Virus record (IMG/VR): IMGVR_UViG_3300045988_015706
Length of the DNA stretch: 42,047 nucleotides
Strand: one strand, 5' to 3'
Origin: a virus
Shown: positions 10,053 through 19,278 of the stretch, in pieces
Numbering within the stretch: the stretch's first letter is position 1
How the letters are laid out: each line of letters begins with the position of its first letter
The notes under the pieces: generated by a model
Database searches by the model: none
Told to the model about the DNA's origin: nothing
What the model saw: the letters and a program-made list of their open reading frames with translations, nothing else
Program-made: the position numbers and the translations under genes

Positions 10053-12541
10053 ACGCTACTATTCCTTCTAATGTAAAGACCTTCCCAACCACCTGAAATC
10101 AGGTTAATAGGCTGGACATTGTCGGAGCAGACAGTAATGACTACTTCATCATTATTGTCTTGAATTGGGAACTTAAACTTACCCGTATAAACCTTGTTTG
10201 CCCCAAAGATAGTCGGAGATTCACCAAGGTTCCTACCAGTAAACCTATACTTAAAGTGCTTTTCCTTAAGGTCGTTATCAACCTTGCATTCAAATACACC
10301 AGACTTACTATAGTTCAACCAGAAGTACCTAAGCTGTAGCCTACCTTCAATCTCAGAGATAACACCTCCAGTATCCGTATTCCTCTTAATGGCCTGCTTA
10401 GAGAGAGTCACGCAGAATTTGTAGGTAAGACCCACAAACACCTCAACACCCCTCATGTCCCCTTGGATCCTAAAGACACCATTGGAATCCCAATCAGCAA
10501 CCTCAGTAACGTAACCGTCCTTAGTGACAATGAAATACTTATGATCCTTAGTAGACGGGATAGCACCGTAGATATCATTAAGGGACACCTCAGTGTAATC
10601 CTCATAGTCACTGTACGTGTTGGACTGAGGAATTGTGTACTTCTTCTTACGATCCATAAAGAGCCTCGTAGGCTCATCAGAGAAGTCAACAGCATTACCT
10701 GTCAACAATGCTTTCTCTAGATACAGACCATTCGGAGAGTTAATAAGAAGATAAATCTCTGAGTCAACAAACTCCGCTAGAAGAACTTCAGAATTCTTGT
10801 TTGCAAATTCCCACTTGAACCAAGCCTGCTGTTCACTAGTGGCGTTAACAAGAATAAATTTATAACAGTATACGATATTAGGGGTAGTAGCGGAGATAGC
10901 CGTAACTACGTTCTCTGTGGTGTTCCCAGAGAGTCTAGTGATGCCCTTAGGAATGTACGTAGGCACATGTGCGGCTACGTCTTCAGCATCCTTAAGGTCA
11001 GCCACGTCCTGCAAGGAGTAGTAGCGCATCACAGAACAGTAGTTTACTCGATCATTAACAAAGAAGATCGAAGGGCCAATAGAGATAGGTTGAACATTCG
11101 TGTCATAGTCAAAGTTAGTGATCTGGTCACACTTGACACTCTTAGGGGTCATGACGCCATCACTAGACAACACAAACTGACCTTCACGGGAGAACAACAT
11201 AAGCTCTCTCGCAAAGGGTACAGCATGAGTCAGAATGGCAACCTTATTAGAGGAAACCGAGACATCAATAGGGTCAGTGTCTGCAATAGCCGCAGAGGAC
11301 TTAAACCAGAAATTAAAGAAGTCGTTGGTTGCACTAAGGATAATGGATTCATCAGCGATGACCCCTAGGCGGTTACGATAGAAAAAGATATCGTTAATCT
11401 TCCTGCCAATGAACGAAGGATCAGGGTTAGTGTCTTCATCACCAGAGCCTCTATCAACCCACGGGAGCTTCTTAAAGAGAAAACTTCCATCCTCCTGCCT
11501 AACAATAGCATGAGGCATATTCTTAGGGTTGATCTTAGTGGGGATCCTAGGTGCTACAGTTTCCTTCCACACCTTATGTTTGTCGTCCCACTTTACATAG
11601 AAGTCATCATCTTCGGAATTCTTTTCCCCAGACACCTGCATGATGTAACCATCAGGCGCAATCGGAGGTAGCTTATTAATAGCCGTAACCTTACCAATGT
11701 AGGCAATAGCGTTCTGGTTACCAAAGCCATCCTTAACAAGGACATTAGGAGGATCCCACCCAGACTTAGCTCGGATCGTAATAACAGAGTCACCAACTAG
11801 ACCTACGTCATAGGAACTCATGCTTGCACTAGACCTAGAGTAACCCATAGACGCTCTACCACCAACCTGATTCAATAGGTCATCATAGGTGCCACCAACG
11901 TCAGGGTTGCCCCCATCAGGTTTCTTACCGGTTTTAAGAAGGGCATGCAATGCTCTTGCAATAAAGGCAGTAGTAGTCTGAACAGCCTGCTTAGCTTCAC
12001 CACCATCAGGGGTAATAACGCCGCACATATACTTACCTTCGACATAAATGGCGTAAGTCTTAGCATACTGGGCATTCTTGATGTACACTAGAGCAGTATC
12101 CTTTTTACCCGCTGGGGACTCACCTTCTACAGCGTCTACCACCTTTTCAGTGTTCAAGACAAAGGTGTAGTCAGCAACAGTAACTGCCTTTAGTTTGCCC
12201 TTAGGATCACTAGTGGTAATGTACTGTTTTGACTCATTATCTTCAAACGTGCATGTCCTAGGCTCACCATTAAGATCAAAAATCTGATACTCCCCAGAGC
12301 CAATCTGGAGAATGTACTTTTCATGTTCGTCTCTATTGATTACATGGTACTTCTTCTTTGTAGCATCAACACGGTCAGACAAACGCTTGATTGCAAGAGT
12401 CGGAGGTCTCTTCTGTAGACCCTCAACTTCATTAGGAAACCCATTGACAAGCTCAGTTACCTGATCGGGAAATCTGATGATGTCAGGTTGCTGAGAGACA
12501 CCACCTTTAAATGAGTGAATGCTTTGAGATACTAGAGGCAT
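10049..12541 (-). CDS. Tail tubular protein B (gp12-like)
   Basis: 830 aa, immediately downstream of tail tubular A. Size and order are as in T7 (gp12 is ~794 aa). Confidence 0.88.
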   Translation of the reverse strand: MPLVSQSIHSFKGGVSQQPDIIRFPDQVTELVNGFPNEVEGLQKRPPTLAIKRLSDRVDATKKKYHVINRDEHEKYILQIGSGEYQIFDLNGEPRTCTFEDNESKQYITTSDPKGKLKAVTVADYTFVLNTEKVVDAVEGESPAGKKDTALVYIKNAQYAKTYAIYVEGKYMCGVITPDGGEAKQAVQTTTAFIARALHALLKTGKKPDGGNPDVGGTYDDLLNQVGGRASMGYSRSSASMSSYDVGLVGDSVITIRAKSGWDPPNVLVKDGFGNQNAIAYIGKVTAINKLPPIAPDGYIMQVSGEKNSEDDDFYVKWDDKHKVWKETVAPRIPTKINPKNMPHAIVRQEDGSFLFKKLPWVDRGSGDEDTNPDPSFIGRKINDIFFYRNRLGVIADESIILSATNDFFNFWFKSSAAIADTDPIDVSVSSNKVAILTHAVPFARELMLFSREGQFVLSSDGVMTPKSVKCDQITNFDYDTNVQPISIGPSIFFVNDRVNYCSVMRYYSLQDVADLKDAEDVAAHVPTYIPKGITRLSGNTTENVVTAISATTPNIVYCYKFILVNATSEQQAWFKWEFANKNSEVLLAEFVDSEIYLLINSPNGLYLEKALLTGNAVDFSDEPTRLFMDRKKKYTIPQSNTYSDYEDYTEVSLNDIYGAIPSTKDHKYFIVTKDGYVTEVADWDSNGVFRIQGDMRGVEVFVGLTYKFCVTLSKQAIKRNTDTGGVISEIEGRLQLRYFWLNYSKSGVFECKVDNDLKEKHFKYRFTGRNLGESPTIFGANKVYTGKFKFPIQDNNDEVVITVCSDNVQPINLISGGWEGLYIRRNSSV

Positions 12542-12543
12542 GC

Positions 12544-13119
12544 TTAGCTCCTCTGAGTCTGCTGACTAATGAACTGGTCATCATTGAGGATGTTATAGTT
12601 ACCATCCGTCAGTTCATAGTCTACAATGTCTGCATAAGCCGCACTCTCCTCTAGCTGAAGATGTGCGTCGATGTCCGCAGAGGTAAGATACCTCATCTGA
12701 AAGACTCTACTGGCTCTAACAGTAATATACTTTCTGAAGACCTGAGGAAGCTCCTCAAAGGGAAGTTCCCTGACAAGTTCATCCAGAGTGATGCCTTCAG
12801 GGAACTCTAGATTCCCTGAATCAAGATCATAAAAATAGCCTTCTCTGCCCACGAACTTATAGCTAGTAGAGACAACCCTTAGGAAGTCTCTACCATAAGC
12901 AACTTTGTTAGTAAAAGAGTCAGGCTTCAAGGTAACACTGGTGAGAGTGTTAAAGCTATAACCCCTAGACTGGATCTCTTGACTGACAGCCTTAAGGATT
13001 CTTACAGCATTCAGCACATCCACATTAGCATCATCCTCAAGAGAATTAACAGGGCTAGAGCCTACGGATGACAAAATTTCATTTACTGCATCAAGTTCAG
13101 TGCTAGGAGTTACAATCAT
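12544..13119 (-). CDS. Tail tubular protein A (gp11-like)
   Basis: 191 aa. ELDAVNEILSSVGSSPVNSLEDDANVDVLNAVRILKAVSQEIQSRGYSFN aligns with the recalled T7 gp11 ([50 protein letters not shown]). Confidence 0.9.
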   Translation of the reverse strand: MIVTPSTELDAVNEILSSVGSSPVNSLEDDANVDVLNAVRILKAVSQEIQSRGYSFNTLTSVTLKPDSFTNKVAYGRDFLRVVSTSYKFVGREGYFYDLDSGNLEFPEGITLDELVRELPFEELPQVFRKYITVRASRVFQMRYLTSADIDAHLQLEESAAYADIVDYELTDGNYNILNDDQFISQQTQRS

Positions 13120-13292
13120 TATTCTTCCTTGTTGTTATTCTTTTCGACGGTTCTTCGAGGCTTAACAGGCTTTGCAGTTGCACTAAGGAGACCCAGTTCC
13201 TGAGCCTCCTCGGGGGTAAGCTGATACCCCCACTTGTGCACCTGACAGAAGTAAGTAGTCTCGTAAGCCTTCTTTACTTCTTCAATGGTCAT
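13119..13292 (-). CDS. Small hypothetical protein (57 aa) between the capsid and tail tube A genes
   Basis: MTIEEVKKAYETTYFCQVHKWGYQLTPEEAQELGLLSATAKPVKPRRTVEKNNNKEE. The ATG lies 1 codon after the capsid TAA-TAG double stop, and its TAA overlaps the gp11 ATG (TAATG). It is below the 60-aa cut-off of the ORF track. Confidence 0.4.
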   Translation of the reverse strand: MTIEEVKKAYETTYFCQVHKWGYQLTPEEAQELGLLSATAKPVKPRRTVEKNNNKEE

Positions 13293-13295
13293 CTA

Positions 13296-14297
13296 TTAAA
13301 CCTGAGCTTCCTTGACAAAGATACCAACGGCTTCAGGACGAAGACCACCGTGACCCATCGCGTACTTGGCAATGATCTGGTCAGCCTGATATTCGGCTCG
13401 ACGAGCACGTTCCATAGCGAGATCCTTGAGCTTCACCGTACCAACAGCGGAACGATGGAAGACAATACCCTGAAGACCCGCAGTCTTGATATTCGTATTA
13501 AGAGCATGCTTACCATCAATACCATCATTCAGGAGGTGCGGAACTTCAATGACTTCAAAGCCACAAATCGTCTGGAGCTTGCCCGTGTTCGGATCAAAGA
13601 GGGCATGATAGTTAGCCGCATCAGGCATAAGAGCCTTCATGACAGCAGAGTAGCCTTCAGGCGTGAGAAGGCAATAGCGGTCACCCTGCGGGACGTAGTT
13701 CTTCGTCATCTGGGCACGAGCCGCAAGGAGACCCTCAAGGATCTTATTGCCATACGTAGCTTCCTGCGTAACATCAAGACCCGTAACAAACTCAAAGGCC
13801 TTACCCGTACCGAGAACCTTGTCGGCACCCGTACCATTGTCGGGAATATTGCCATCCTTGAACGTAGCGTCCTTAGCGGCCTCATTGGCAAGCTCATTGA
13901 TAATAGCACAGTCAGCGCCCATAGCGAGAGCTTCACCAAGCTGACGGGAATACTCAACTCGAACGTCGTAATGGTTCATCGCATCGTCGATATCCGTGAT
14001 AAGGCAGTCAGCCGTAAGGAGACCGTCAATGGCGATGACACGTTCATTGTGTTCCATCTTCTTACGCTGGTCATCAAGGGAGTTACCCGGAGCAAGATAC
14101 TTAGCACGGGTACGACCCATCACAGCGAACGAAGCGGACTTACCATGAGAGATAGTACGCACCTGATGACGAGACATCATAACGGAGGTGCGAGCAAAAG
14201 CAGTCAGAACTTCACCCGTGAAGACCTTCATAAAGAGTGCATCACGATCGCCCGCAGATAGAGCCTGACCAGGATTGGAAATACCAGTAGCAGCCAT
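13296..14297 (-). CDS. Major capsid protein (T7 gp10A-like)
   Basis: 333 aa. FTGEVLTAFARTSVMMSRHQVRTISHGKSASF...LAPGNSLDD...IAIDGLLTADCLITDIDDAMNHYDVRVEYSRQLGEALAM closely matches recalled T7 gp10A. Confidence 0.97.
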   Translation of the reverse strand: MAATGISNPGQALSAGDRDALFMKVFTGEVLTAFARTSVMMSRHQVRTISHGKSASFAVMGRTRAKYLAPGNSLDDQRKKMEHNERVIAIDGLLTADCLITDIDDAMNHYDVRVEYSRQLGEALAMGADCAIINELANEAAKDATFKDGNIPDNGTGADKVLGTGKAFEFVTGLDVTQEATYGNKILEGLLAARAQMTKNYVPQGDRYCLLTPEGYSAVMKALMPDAANYHALFDPNTGKLQTICGFEVIEVPHLLNDGIDGKHALNTNIKTAGLQGIVFHRSAVGTVKLKDLAMERARRAEYQADQIIAKYAMGHGGLRPEAVGIFVKEAQV

Positions 14298-14348
14298 TTT
14301 TAATTATTTTCCTTTTAAAATATATAAGATTTGTTGTTATAGATAAAA

Positions 14349-15134
14349 TTAAACACTAGTGGCCCACATTCTCTGTTCGACCTGTCGGGTGTATTCAGGA
14401 TCCCTGCCATAGCGCTTATCGCTCATAGCCTCGATCACTTCAGATTTGTTTGCAAACCCCTTAGGACGATTCACAGGAGCGGCCGTACCGCCATGAATAG
14501 ACTTATTAGCGGTACCCATCTTGGAAGTCATCTTAGACTTCATGCCTTCAAGCATGAGGGAGACAGCTTCCAGATTATTGTTGTCGATTGCCCTGTTAAA
14601 GGAGTCAATCGTCTTCTGAGGGAGATTCTTGGATGCCCAATCGACAATACGATTGTACTCCTTAGTACCCCCTACGGAATCATAAACAGCTTCAGTGAAG
14701 CGAGATTCAAGAGCCTTTCGACTCTCAATGAAACCCTCGATAACCTCAGAAGGATAACCTGCCTTCTCAAGTTCAGCAACGGTCTCATCGGAGAGCTTGC
14801 CATGCTCCTGATATTCTCGGACAGCCTTATTGAAGTCAACACCCTTTTCCTTAAGGGAGGTCTTCACGGCATCAATAGCCTTTTCGTGCTTGTCTACTTC
14901 TTCTTGAAGATTCTCTTGATCTTCATTTCGATCATGAACAGCCACATCATCAGCGTGGCCTTCAGTTCCATTAGCTTGTTCTTCATTATGTTCTTCCCCC
15001 GACTTTTCGTTCTGAAGAAGGGGGTCTCCAATATCAGGGTCAACCTCAACCTGAGTCGTAGAAGACTCCATGATCTCGATTCCCTGTGCTTCAGCCTCCT
15101 CAGTAAGAGACTGAGGTTCATTAAAGTCAGTCAT
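14349..15134 (-). CDS. Scaffolding protein (gp9-like)
   Basis: 261 aa, very acidic N-terminal half, located between the portal and capsid genes. Confidence 0.75.
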   Translation of the reverse strand: MTDFNEPQSLTEEAEAQGIEIMESSTTQVEVDPDIGDPLLQNEKSGEEHNEEQANGTEGHADDVAVHDRNEDQENLQEEVDKHEKAIDAVKTSLKEKGVDFNKAVREYQEHGKLSDETVAELEKAGYPSEVIEGFIESRKALESRFTEAVYDSVGGTKEYNRIVDWASKNLPQKTIDSFNRAIDNNNLEAVSLMLEGMKSKMTSKMGTANKSIHGGTAAPVNRPKGFANKSEVIEAMSDKRYGRDPEYTRQVEQRMWATSV

Positions 15135-15148
15135 TAGTTATCCTTTAG

Positions 15149-16753
15149 TTATTCAGGTGCCTGCTGTGCTTCATTGACAGCCATCTGTGCACCTGCGTCA
15201 ATACCCTGTTGCTTGGCATACTGTTCCATAGCGGCCTGTTGTTCTGCCTGAAGTTCCTCAGGAGTCTTCACTAGACCCGTAGCATCAATATGAGCCGCCG
15301 CAAAAATCCTAGTAGCAAGATTACCAACGTTGAGAGCCTGTAGAAACTCAGGGAACTGTTGCATCAACTGCAAAGCCTGAGCTAGATTATTAAGATCCTG
15401 TCCTCTACCAAGGGCGTCAATACCCGTGATGATGGAGGGCTCAATCTCTGCAATACTCTCGTCAACCACAGGGAGCAAACCCTGAGATTGCATCTGATTG
15501 TAGACACAGGCAACAAGAGGAAGCTGTAGCTCCTGAGACAGGAGAGAATAGACACCACCTAGGGTATCCTCAAGTTCACCTGCAACATACCTAATCTCTT
15601 CTGCGGTAACTCTGTCTCTACCCACAGCACCACTCTGTACTGCAGAGTTAAGAAGGAACGCATAAGACAAACGAGACTCAATCTGTTGAGCAGTAGTGAG
15701 TACCGTCTGCATGTCCATGCTCTTATTGAGTTGCATGGGAACAACGTCCTCCATACGACCTCTAACAAAAGCACCGTTCGCCGCCTTAGCCAAAGCCCTG
15801 ATGTTAGTCTGACAAGCAGGAGACACGAGATAGAGAACCTTAGAGGCAATCATGGAGATATCCACAATGCTCTTAGAGAGATTCTCAAGGGAGATAAGGT
15901 CTCCAAGGTAGTCCTCAACAAAGGATCTACCGTAGTGTTCCCCGTCCTTCTTATTGAATCTAAGGGGAATCCAAGGGCTCTTGTTTGCAGGATAAGTCTG
16001 CTCACTACCTGCGACAGGTTCACCTTCAATCTCCTGATAGGATTCCCATTGATAGGTATCTCCACTAGCCACACGGTAAATGTGAGTATAGATGTCTACC
16101 TTTTCGTTGATAGTCGGTTCACCAGAATCAGGGAGAACAGACTGCATGGAATCAGGAAGACTCCCACGGGAAACAGTATCCTTAGCAACAATCTGAAGGA
16201 CATTGCCGATAGTGTCTCTCTGAACAGCGTACTCACGAAGAGTATAGCACCTCATACCACCTTCAGCAGGAGGCAGGAACAGAAGTGCATTGCCTGCAAT
16301 GATAAGTTGCTTAATAGCTTCAAACAGAGTCGGTCTAAGAGACTGAGACTCCATGTACTTAATCATCTGTTGTTCCATCATTGACAAACCGTATTCGATA
16401 TTGTCCTTCAGCTGGTCGTCAGCAGACTCATTAAGAGCTACAGTCGACTCCGCGTCCAACCCCAGTCTAAAGAAAGGTTGATTAGGAGGCAACAGAGAAA
16501 GAAGAAGCTTAGAGGCAAGATTATTAAGACCCCTAGCACCCACAGAATTGTAAGGAGTGGAATAGTTAGTACCACCATCATCAGACTCCTTAGGAAAGAG
16601 CATAGGGATCGTGTAGGTTGCGCACTTCTCTGCTCTCTGCGTGTACGGGTCTCTGTCTGTCGTGAGTTTGTCATAAGTTGTCTTAGCTCCTTCAAGAGGG
16701 ATATTTCCTGCGGTATGTTCACTAGTTGCCATTCCAACCGTCCCACCCATCAT
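15149..16753 (-). CDS. Portal (head-tail connector) protein, gp8-like
   Basis: 534 aa. YDKLTTDRDPYTQRAEKCATYTIPMLFPKESDD...VGARGLNNLASKLLLSLLP matches recalled T7 gp8. The start may instead be the internal MATSEH methionine. Confidence 0.95.
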   Translation of the reverse strand: MMGGTVGMATSEHTAGNIPLEGAKTTYDKLTTDRDPYTQRAEKCATYTIPMLFPKESDDGGTNYSTPYNSVGARGLNNLASKLLLSLLPPNQPFFRLGLDAESTVALNESADDQLKDNIEYGLSMMEQQMIKYMESQSLRPTLFEAIKQLIIAGNALLFLPPAEGGMRCYTLREYAVQRDTIGNVLQIVAKDTVSRGSLPDSMQSVLPDSGEPTINEKVDIYTHIYRVASGDTYQWESYQEIEGEPVAGSEQTYPANKSPWIPLRFNKKDGEHYGRSFVEDYLGDLISLENLSKSIVDISMIASKVLYLVSPACQTNIRALAKAANGAFVRGRMEDVVPMQLNKSMDMQTVLTTAQQIESRLSYAFLLNSAVQSGAVGRDRVTAEEIRYVAGELEDTLGGVYSLLSQELQLPLVACVYNQMQSQGLLPVVDESIAEIEPSIITGIDALGRGQDLNNLAQALQLMQQFPEFLQALNVGNLATRIFAAAHIDATGLVKTPEELQAEQQAAMEQYAKQQGIDAGAQMAVNEAQQAPE

Positions 16754-16789
16754 TCAATGATTGATTACCAACCATCATAACCCTCCATG

Positions 16790-17044
16790 TTAGACAAGGT
16801 TACGGCCTGCACCTGCAGACACATCAGCATTCCCTGCTTTCTTAATTCTAAGACCCTTCTTACCCTTACGAAGCTGAACCTTTTCGGTTTCTTCCTTCTT
16901 CTCAGCTTCACCCTCAGGGTTCGTAAGCTCAAGCTCAGGAGCAGGCGTAGGAGCCTCAGGGGCACTCTGACCACCGTTGCCTCTACCAGTCACCTTATGG
17001 ACAACCTTCTTAAAGGCCTTCTTAACACCACTAAAAAGTCCCAT
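16790..17044 (-). CDS. Small virion-associated protein, T7 gp7.3/gp6.7 family (paralogue B)
   Basis: 84 aa: MGLFSGVKK..., a P/E/A-rich centre, ...KGKKGLRIKKAGNADVSAGAGRNLV. The KGKKxLRI and G-GxN C-terminus resemble recalled T7 gp6.7 (GRKGLKVE) and gp7.3 (GGKKSLSVARSSGGGINI). Confidence 0.7.
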   Translation of the reverse strand: MGLFSGVKKAFKKVVHKVTGRGNGGQSAPEAPTPAPELELTNPEGEAEKKEETEKVQLRKGKKGLRIKKAGNADVSAGAGRNLV

Positions 17045-17562
17045 TAAATTTCCTTATAAAAAGTTTTGTATGAAGAGTAACCCAAGTGTTTCTCATAGGT
17101 GTTCTCCAACATCTTGTTGTTGAGCGTGTTGGCGTTAGAGAAGGCCAGTAGTCTTACGTTAGTACATGCCCTATTTTCTAGAGCATAAGCCATTGCTCTA
17201 GACAAACCAAGACCCTTTTGGAAAGCTACAGTGCACTCTTCATTTAAAAATGTTACTCCCTCAGGTGCATACCAAGGTCTCCCCCTAGACACTAGGGATG
17301 CACCCGAGAGAGCATTTTCTTTGTTATAGAAAACAAGGACGATGAAGTCTTCAAATTCACCACTAATGACACCCTTAAGAAACTTACGCACTACCTTTAC
17401 GTCAGCATATTTCTTAATGAAAGGGAGGGAGTCAGGGTCATCTTTGATGATCTTCGCACCCTTGTCGATGATCTGTTCTAGGATGTCACCATCATTAGGT
17501 TGCAAGACACCAATCCTAGACACGTTACTTAGGGATGTTAGTCCCTCTGCCAGAACCCACAT
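17044..17562 (-). CDS. GNAT-family N-acetyltransferase-like protein (T7 gene 7 position)
   Basis: 172 aa from the ATG at 17562 (GAGGA SD 6 nt upstream; the track's M is a TTG). It has a Q/R-x-x-G-x-G/A-type motif, FQKGLGLSRAMAYALEN. The call is motif-based only. Confidence 0.55.
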   Translation of the reverse strand: MWVLAEGLTSLSNVSRIGVLQPNDGDILEQIIDKGAKIIKDDPDSLPFIKKYADVKVVRKFLKGVISGEFEDFIVLVFYNKENALSGASLVSRGRPWYAPEGVTFLNEECTVAFQKGLGLSRAMAYALENRACTNVRLLAFSNANTLNNKMLENTYEKHLGYSSYKTFYKEI

Positions 17563-17719
17563 AGTCAATCCTCAGGGCCTTCTTGCCCTTGTTCTTCTTG
17601 TGTTCCGCAGTTTCTTCAGCACCCATTTCAGGAGCCTCAGGTTCGAGTACAGGTTGCTCAATGGCAGGGGCCTGAACCTTAACCTCAGGAGCCTTAGGTT
17701 TACTAAAGAGTCCACCCAT
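17525..17719 (-). CDS. Small virion-associated protein, T7 gp6.7/gp7.3 family (paralogue A)
   Basis: 64 aa: MGGLFSKPKAPE..., a P/E/A-rich centre, ...KNKGKKALRIDYVGSGRGTNIPK. Same architecture as 16790..17044. Confidence 0.65.
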   Translation of the reverse strand: MGGLFSKPKAPEVKVQAPAIEQPVLEPEAPEMGAEETAEHKKNKGKKALRIDYVGSGRGTNIPK

Positions 17720-17916
17720 CAGTTATCTCCATTCTGTTTGTCGTGTTTATTTCTAAGGTAGGTAACAACCTGTTGAATACCTAGAAGAGTCTCATTACTC
17801 TTTTCATACCAAATCATCTTTCGAATATCAAAGATATCCTCAAGTCTCTCAATGAGATCCTTAGGAACATAAGGAAACTCTTCTTCTTCAACAACGTTGT
17901 TTTCTTCTTTGTTCAT
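17719..17916 (-). CDS. Hypothetical protein (gene 6.5 position)
   Basis: 65-aa ORF. The ATG lies 14 nt downstream of the predicted +1 of a phage promoter, with a GGAGG SD. Confidence 0.6.
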   Translation of the reverse strand: MNKEENNVVEEEEFPYVPKDLIERLEDIFDIRKMIWYEKSNETLLGIQQVVTYLRNKHDKQNGDN

Positions 17917-17923
17917 GTCTTCC

Positions 17924-17950
17924 TCCTACCTAGGACTATTGATTTAATTA
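17924..17950 (-). promoter_or_regulatory. Phage RNAP promoter (variant; phi6.5-like position)
   Basis: The minus strand reads TAATTAAATCAATAGTCCTA|GGTAGGAGG, against the consensus TAATAAAATCCATACTCCTA|GGGAGAG. It lies between the exonuclease gene and the first late genes. Predicted +1 is ~17930. Confidence 0.7.
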
Positions 17951-17978
17951 AAAATAGCCCTAGTGGTATTAGTATTGA

Positions 17979-18743
17979 TTAAAAGGGGTTGTACTTCTTG
18001 GGCAAACCCTCAGATTTACCTAAAGGGTAATCTTCATAGTGCAAGATTCTAGCCATAGTTGCCTCTCTAATGGCATCCTCTTCAGTAAGACCCTGAGACT
18101 TGAATGCTTTCAAGACCTCAGACCACCATTCAGAATCAGGGTGCCCATTAAGGAGCTTATTGGCTTTTACAGGGCCATAAGTGGGACACCCCTTATAGCC
18201 GTCTGTAACGTCCCCTACTAGGGTCTGATAACACAACCATTTCTTGGAGTCCTTCTCAGTAATGTTATGAAAGACATCATTACCGAAATCATAGAAGTAA
18301 CCGGGGATTGTCTTGAAATCCTTGTCCATAGATACTGCGACACAAATATCTTTATAGACAGGACTAGTGCAGTAGATACCCACAACATCATCAGCTTCAA
18401 GATACTTGACTGTATGAGAAATGTAGGTTTCTTTAATCTTGTCTACAAGACCTTTGTAACAACAAGGTTTACGATTAGATCGCCTATTGGACTTATAGTC
18501 AGGATTGTAGTTTTTCCTAAAGTTATCCTCATCTGAGAAACAGAATACATAGGTAATCTCTTCACCAACAAAATGCTTATTCAACTTCTCATCAATAGCA
18601 ATAAGCATGTCGGTAAAGTAATCCCATGCGTCATCTACTTCAGCATGACAAGTCCAAAGACCATCACCCCAGTCGATATCCTTCTGGACAGCAGAGGACG
18701 CCTTAAAAGCTAGGATATCACCGTCTACAAAAGCATATCTCAT
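17979..18743 (-). CDS. 5'-3' exonuclease (T7 gp6-like, FEN/PIN-type)
   Basis: 254 aa. It has an N-terminal acidic cluster (FVDGDILAF), later ...EADDVVG... and ...SMDKDF..., and the T7 gene 6 position after the DNA polymerase region. Confidence 0.72.
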   Translation of the reverse strand: MRYAFVDGDILAFKASSAVQKDIDWGDGLWTCHAEVDDAWDYFTDMLIAIDEKLNKHFVGEEITYVFCFSDEDNFRKNYNPDYKSNRRSNRKPCCYKGLVDKIKETYISHTVKYLEADDVVGIYCTSPVYKDICVAVSMDKDFKTIPGYFYDFGNDVFHNITEKDSKKWLCYQTLVGDVTDGYKGCPTYGPVKANKLLNGHPDSEWWSEVLKAFKSQGLTEEDAIREATMARILHYEDYPLGKSEGLPKKYNPF

Positions 18744-18964
18744 TATTCACAAGCCTTAAGAATAGCGTATGCCTTACAAGTGAGCCTCCAATAATTAGTG
18801 GCTTCATTATAGTAATTAATGGCCGTAATATGCCCCCTAGATGCCGCCTCAGCAATCAGCTTGGCATTCTCACGACAGAAGTCCGCCTGAAGTTTCGGAT
18901 TGTTCTGATCAATATACTTAAGAAAACTAAGATACTTATTCATTTTCTTTCTGAGATCCCTCAT
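18743..18964 (-). CDS. Hypothetical protein (start uncertain: 18964 or 18943)
   Basis: The ORF-track start at 19096 would overlap the upstream gene by 160 nt. Internal ATGs at 18964 (MRDLRKK) or 18943 (MNKYLSF, ATGAATAA overlap with the upstream stop) are more plausible. Confidence 0.5.
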   Translation of the reverse strand: MRDLRKKMNKYLSFLKYIDQNNPKLQADFCRENAKLIAEAASRGHITAINYYNEATNYWRLTCKAYAILKACE

Positions 18965-19268
18965 AGTAAACACTCTCTTCTTCCCAATCAACTTCATAGC
19001 CAAGACGTTCAAGAATCTCGTAAAAGATTTCTTTGTCAGTCCAGTCTTCATAGAGTTTACAGGGATTTGGGATGTGCATAAACAGCAGTTTACCATTCAA
19101 TCGAACTTCGGCACCACCTGCAGTCCCAAAAACAGGATCCGTCTTATAGAGCCACTTGATGTCAACAACGCTCTTTTTGTTGGTCTTACACAAAGCCATT
19201 ACCTCCTTAGATTCATTCTTCTTAAGAACCCTTTCAATCTCTTCTACGGTCATAGGTCTACGAATCAT
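18936..19268 (-). CDS. Hypothetical protein (gene 5.5 position)
   Basis: 110-aa ORF starting 10 nt after the DNA polymerase stop. I recognise no motif. Confidence 0.6.
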   Translation of the reverse strand: MIRRPMTVEEIERVLKKNESKEVMALCKTNKKSVVDIKWLYKTDPVFGTAGGAEVRLNGKLLFMHIPNPCKLYEDWTDKEIFYEILERLGYEVDWEEESVYYEGSQKENE

Positions 19269-19278
19269 AAGCTACTCC

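Noticed and set aside
13290-13298. Capsid read-through or frameshift extension (T7 10A/10B-like) into the 57-aa ORF
   Set aside because: The downstream ORF is in the zero frame but is separated from the capsid gene by two consecutive stops (TAA TAG). I saw no slippery heptamer.
14298-14348. The AT-rich capsid leader (TAATTTTATCTATAACAACAAATC) as a phage promoter
   Set aside because: It matches the consensus only in the upstream half (about 10 of the first 16 positions) and lacks the CCTA|GGGAG initiation region.
17951-17985. A second promoter-like sequence (TTAATCAATACTAATACCACTAGGGCTA) just upstream of the 17.9-kb promoter
   Set aside because: It shares AATCAATACT and CTAGGG with the consensus, but a 7-nt insertion separates them. 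It is probably a decayed duplicate.
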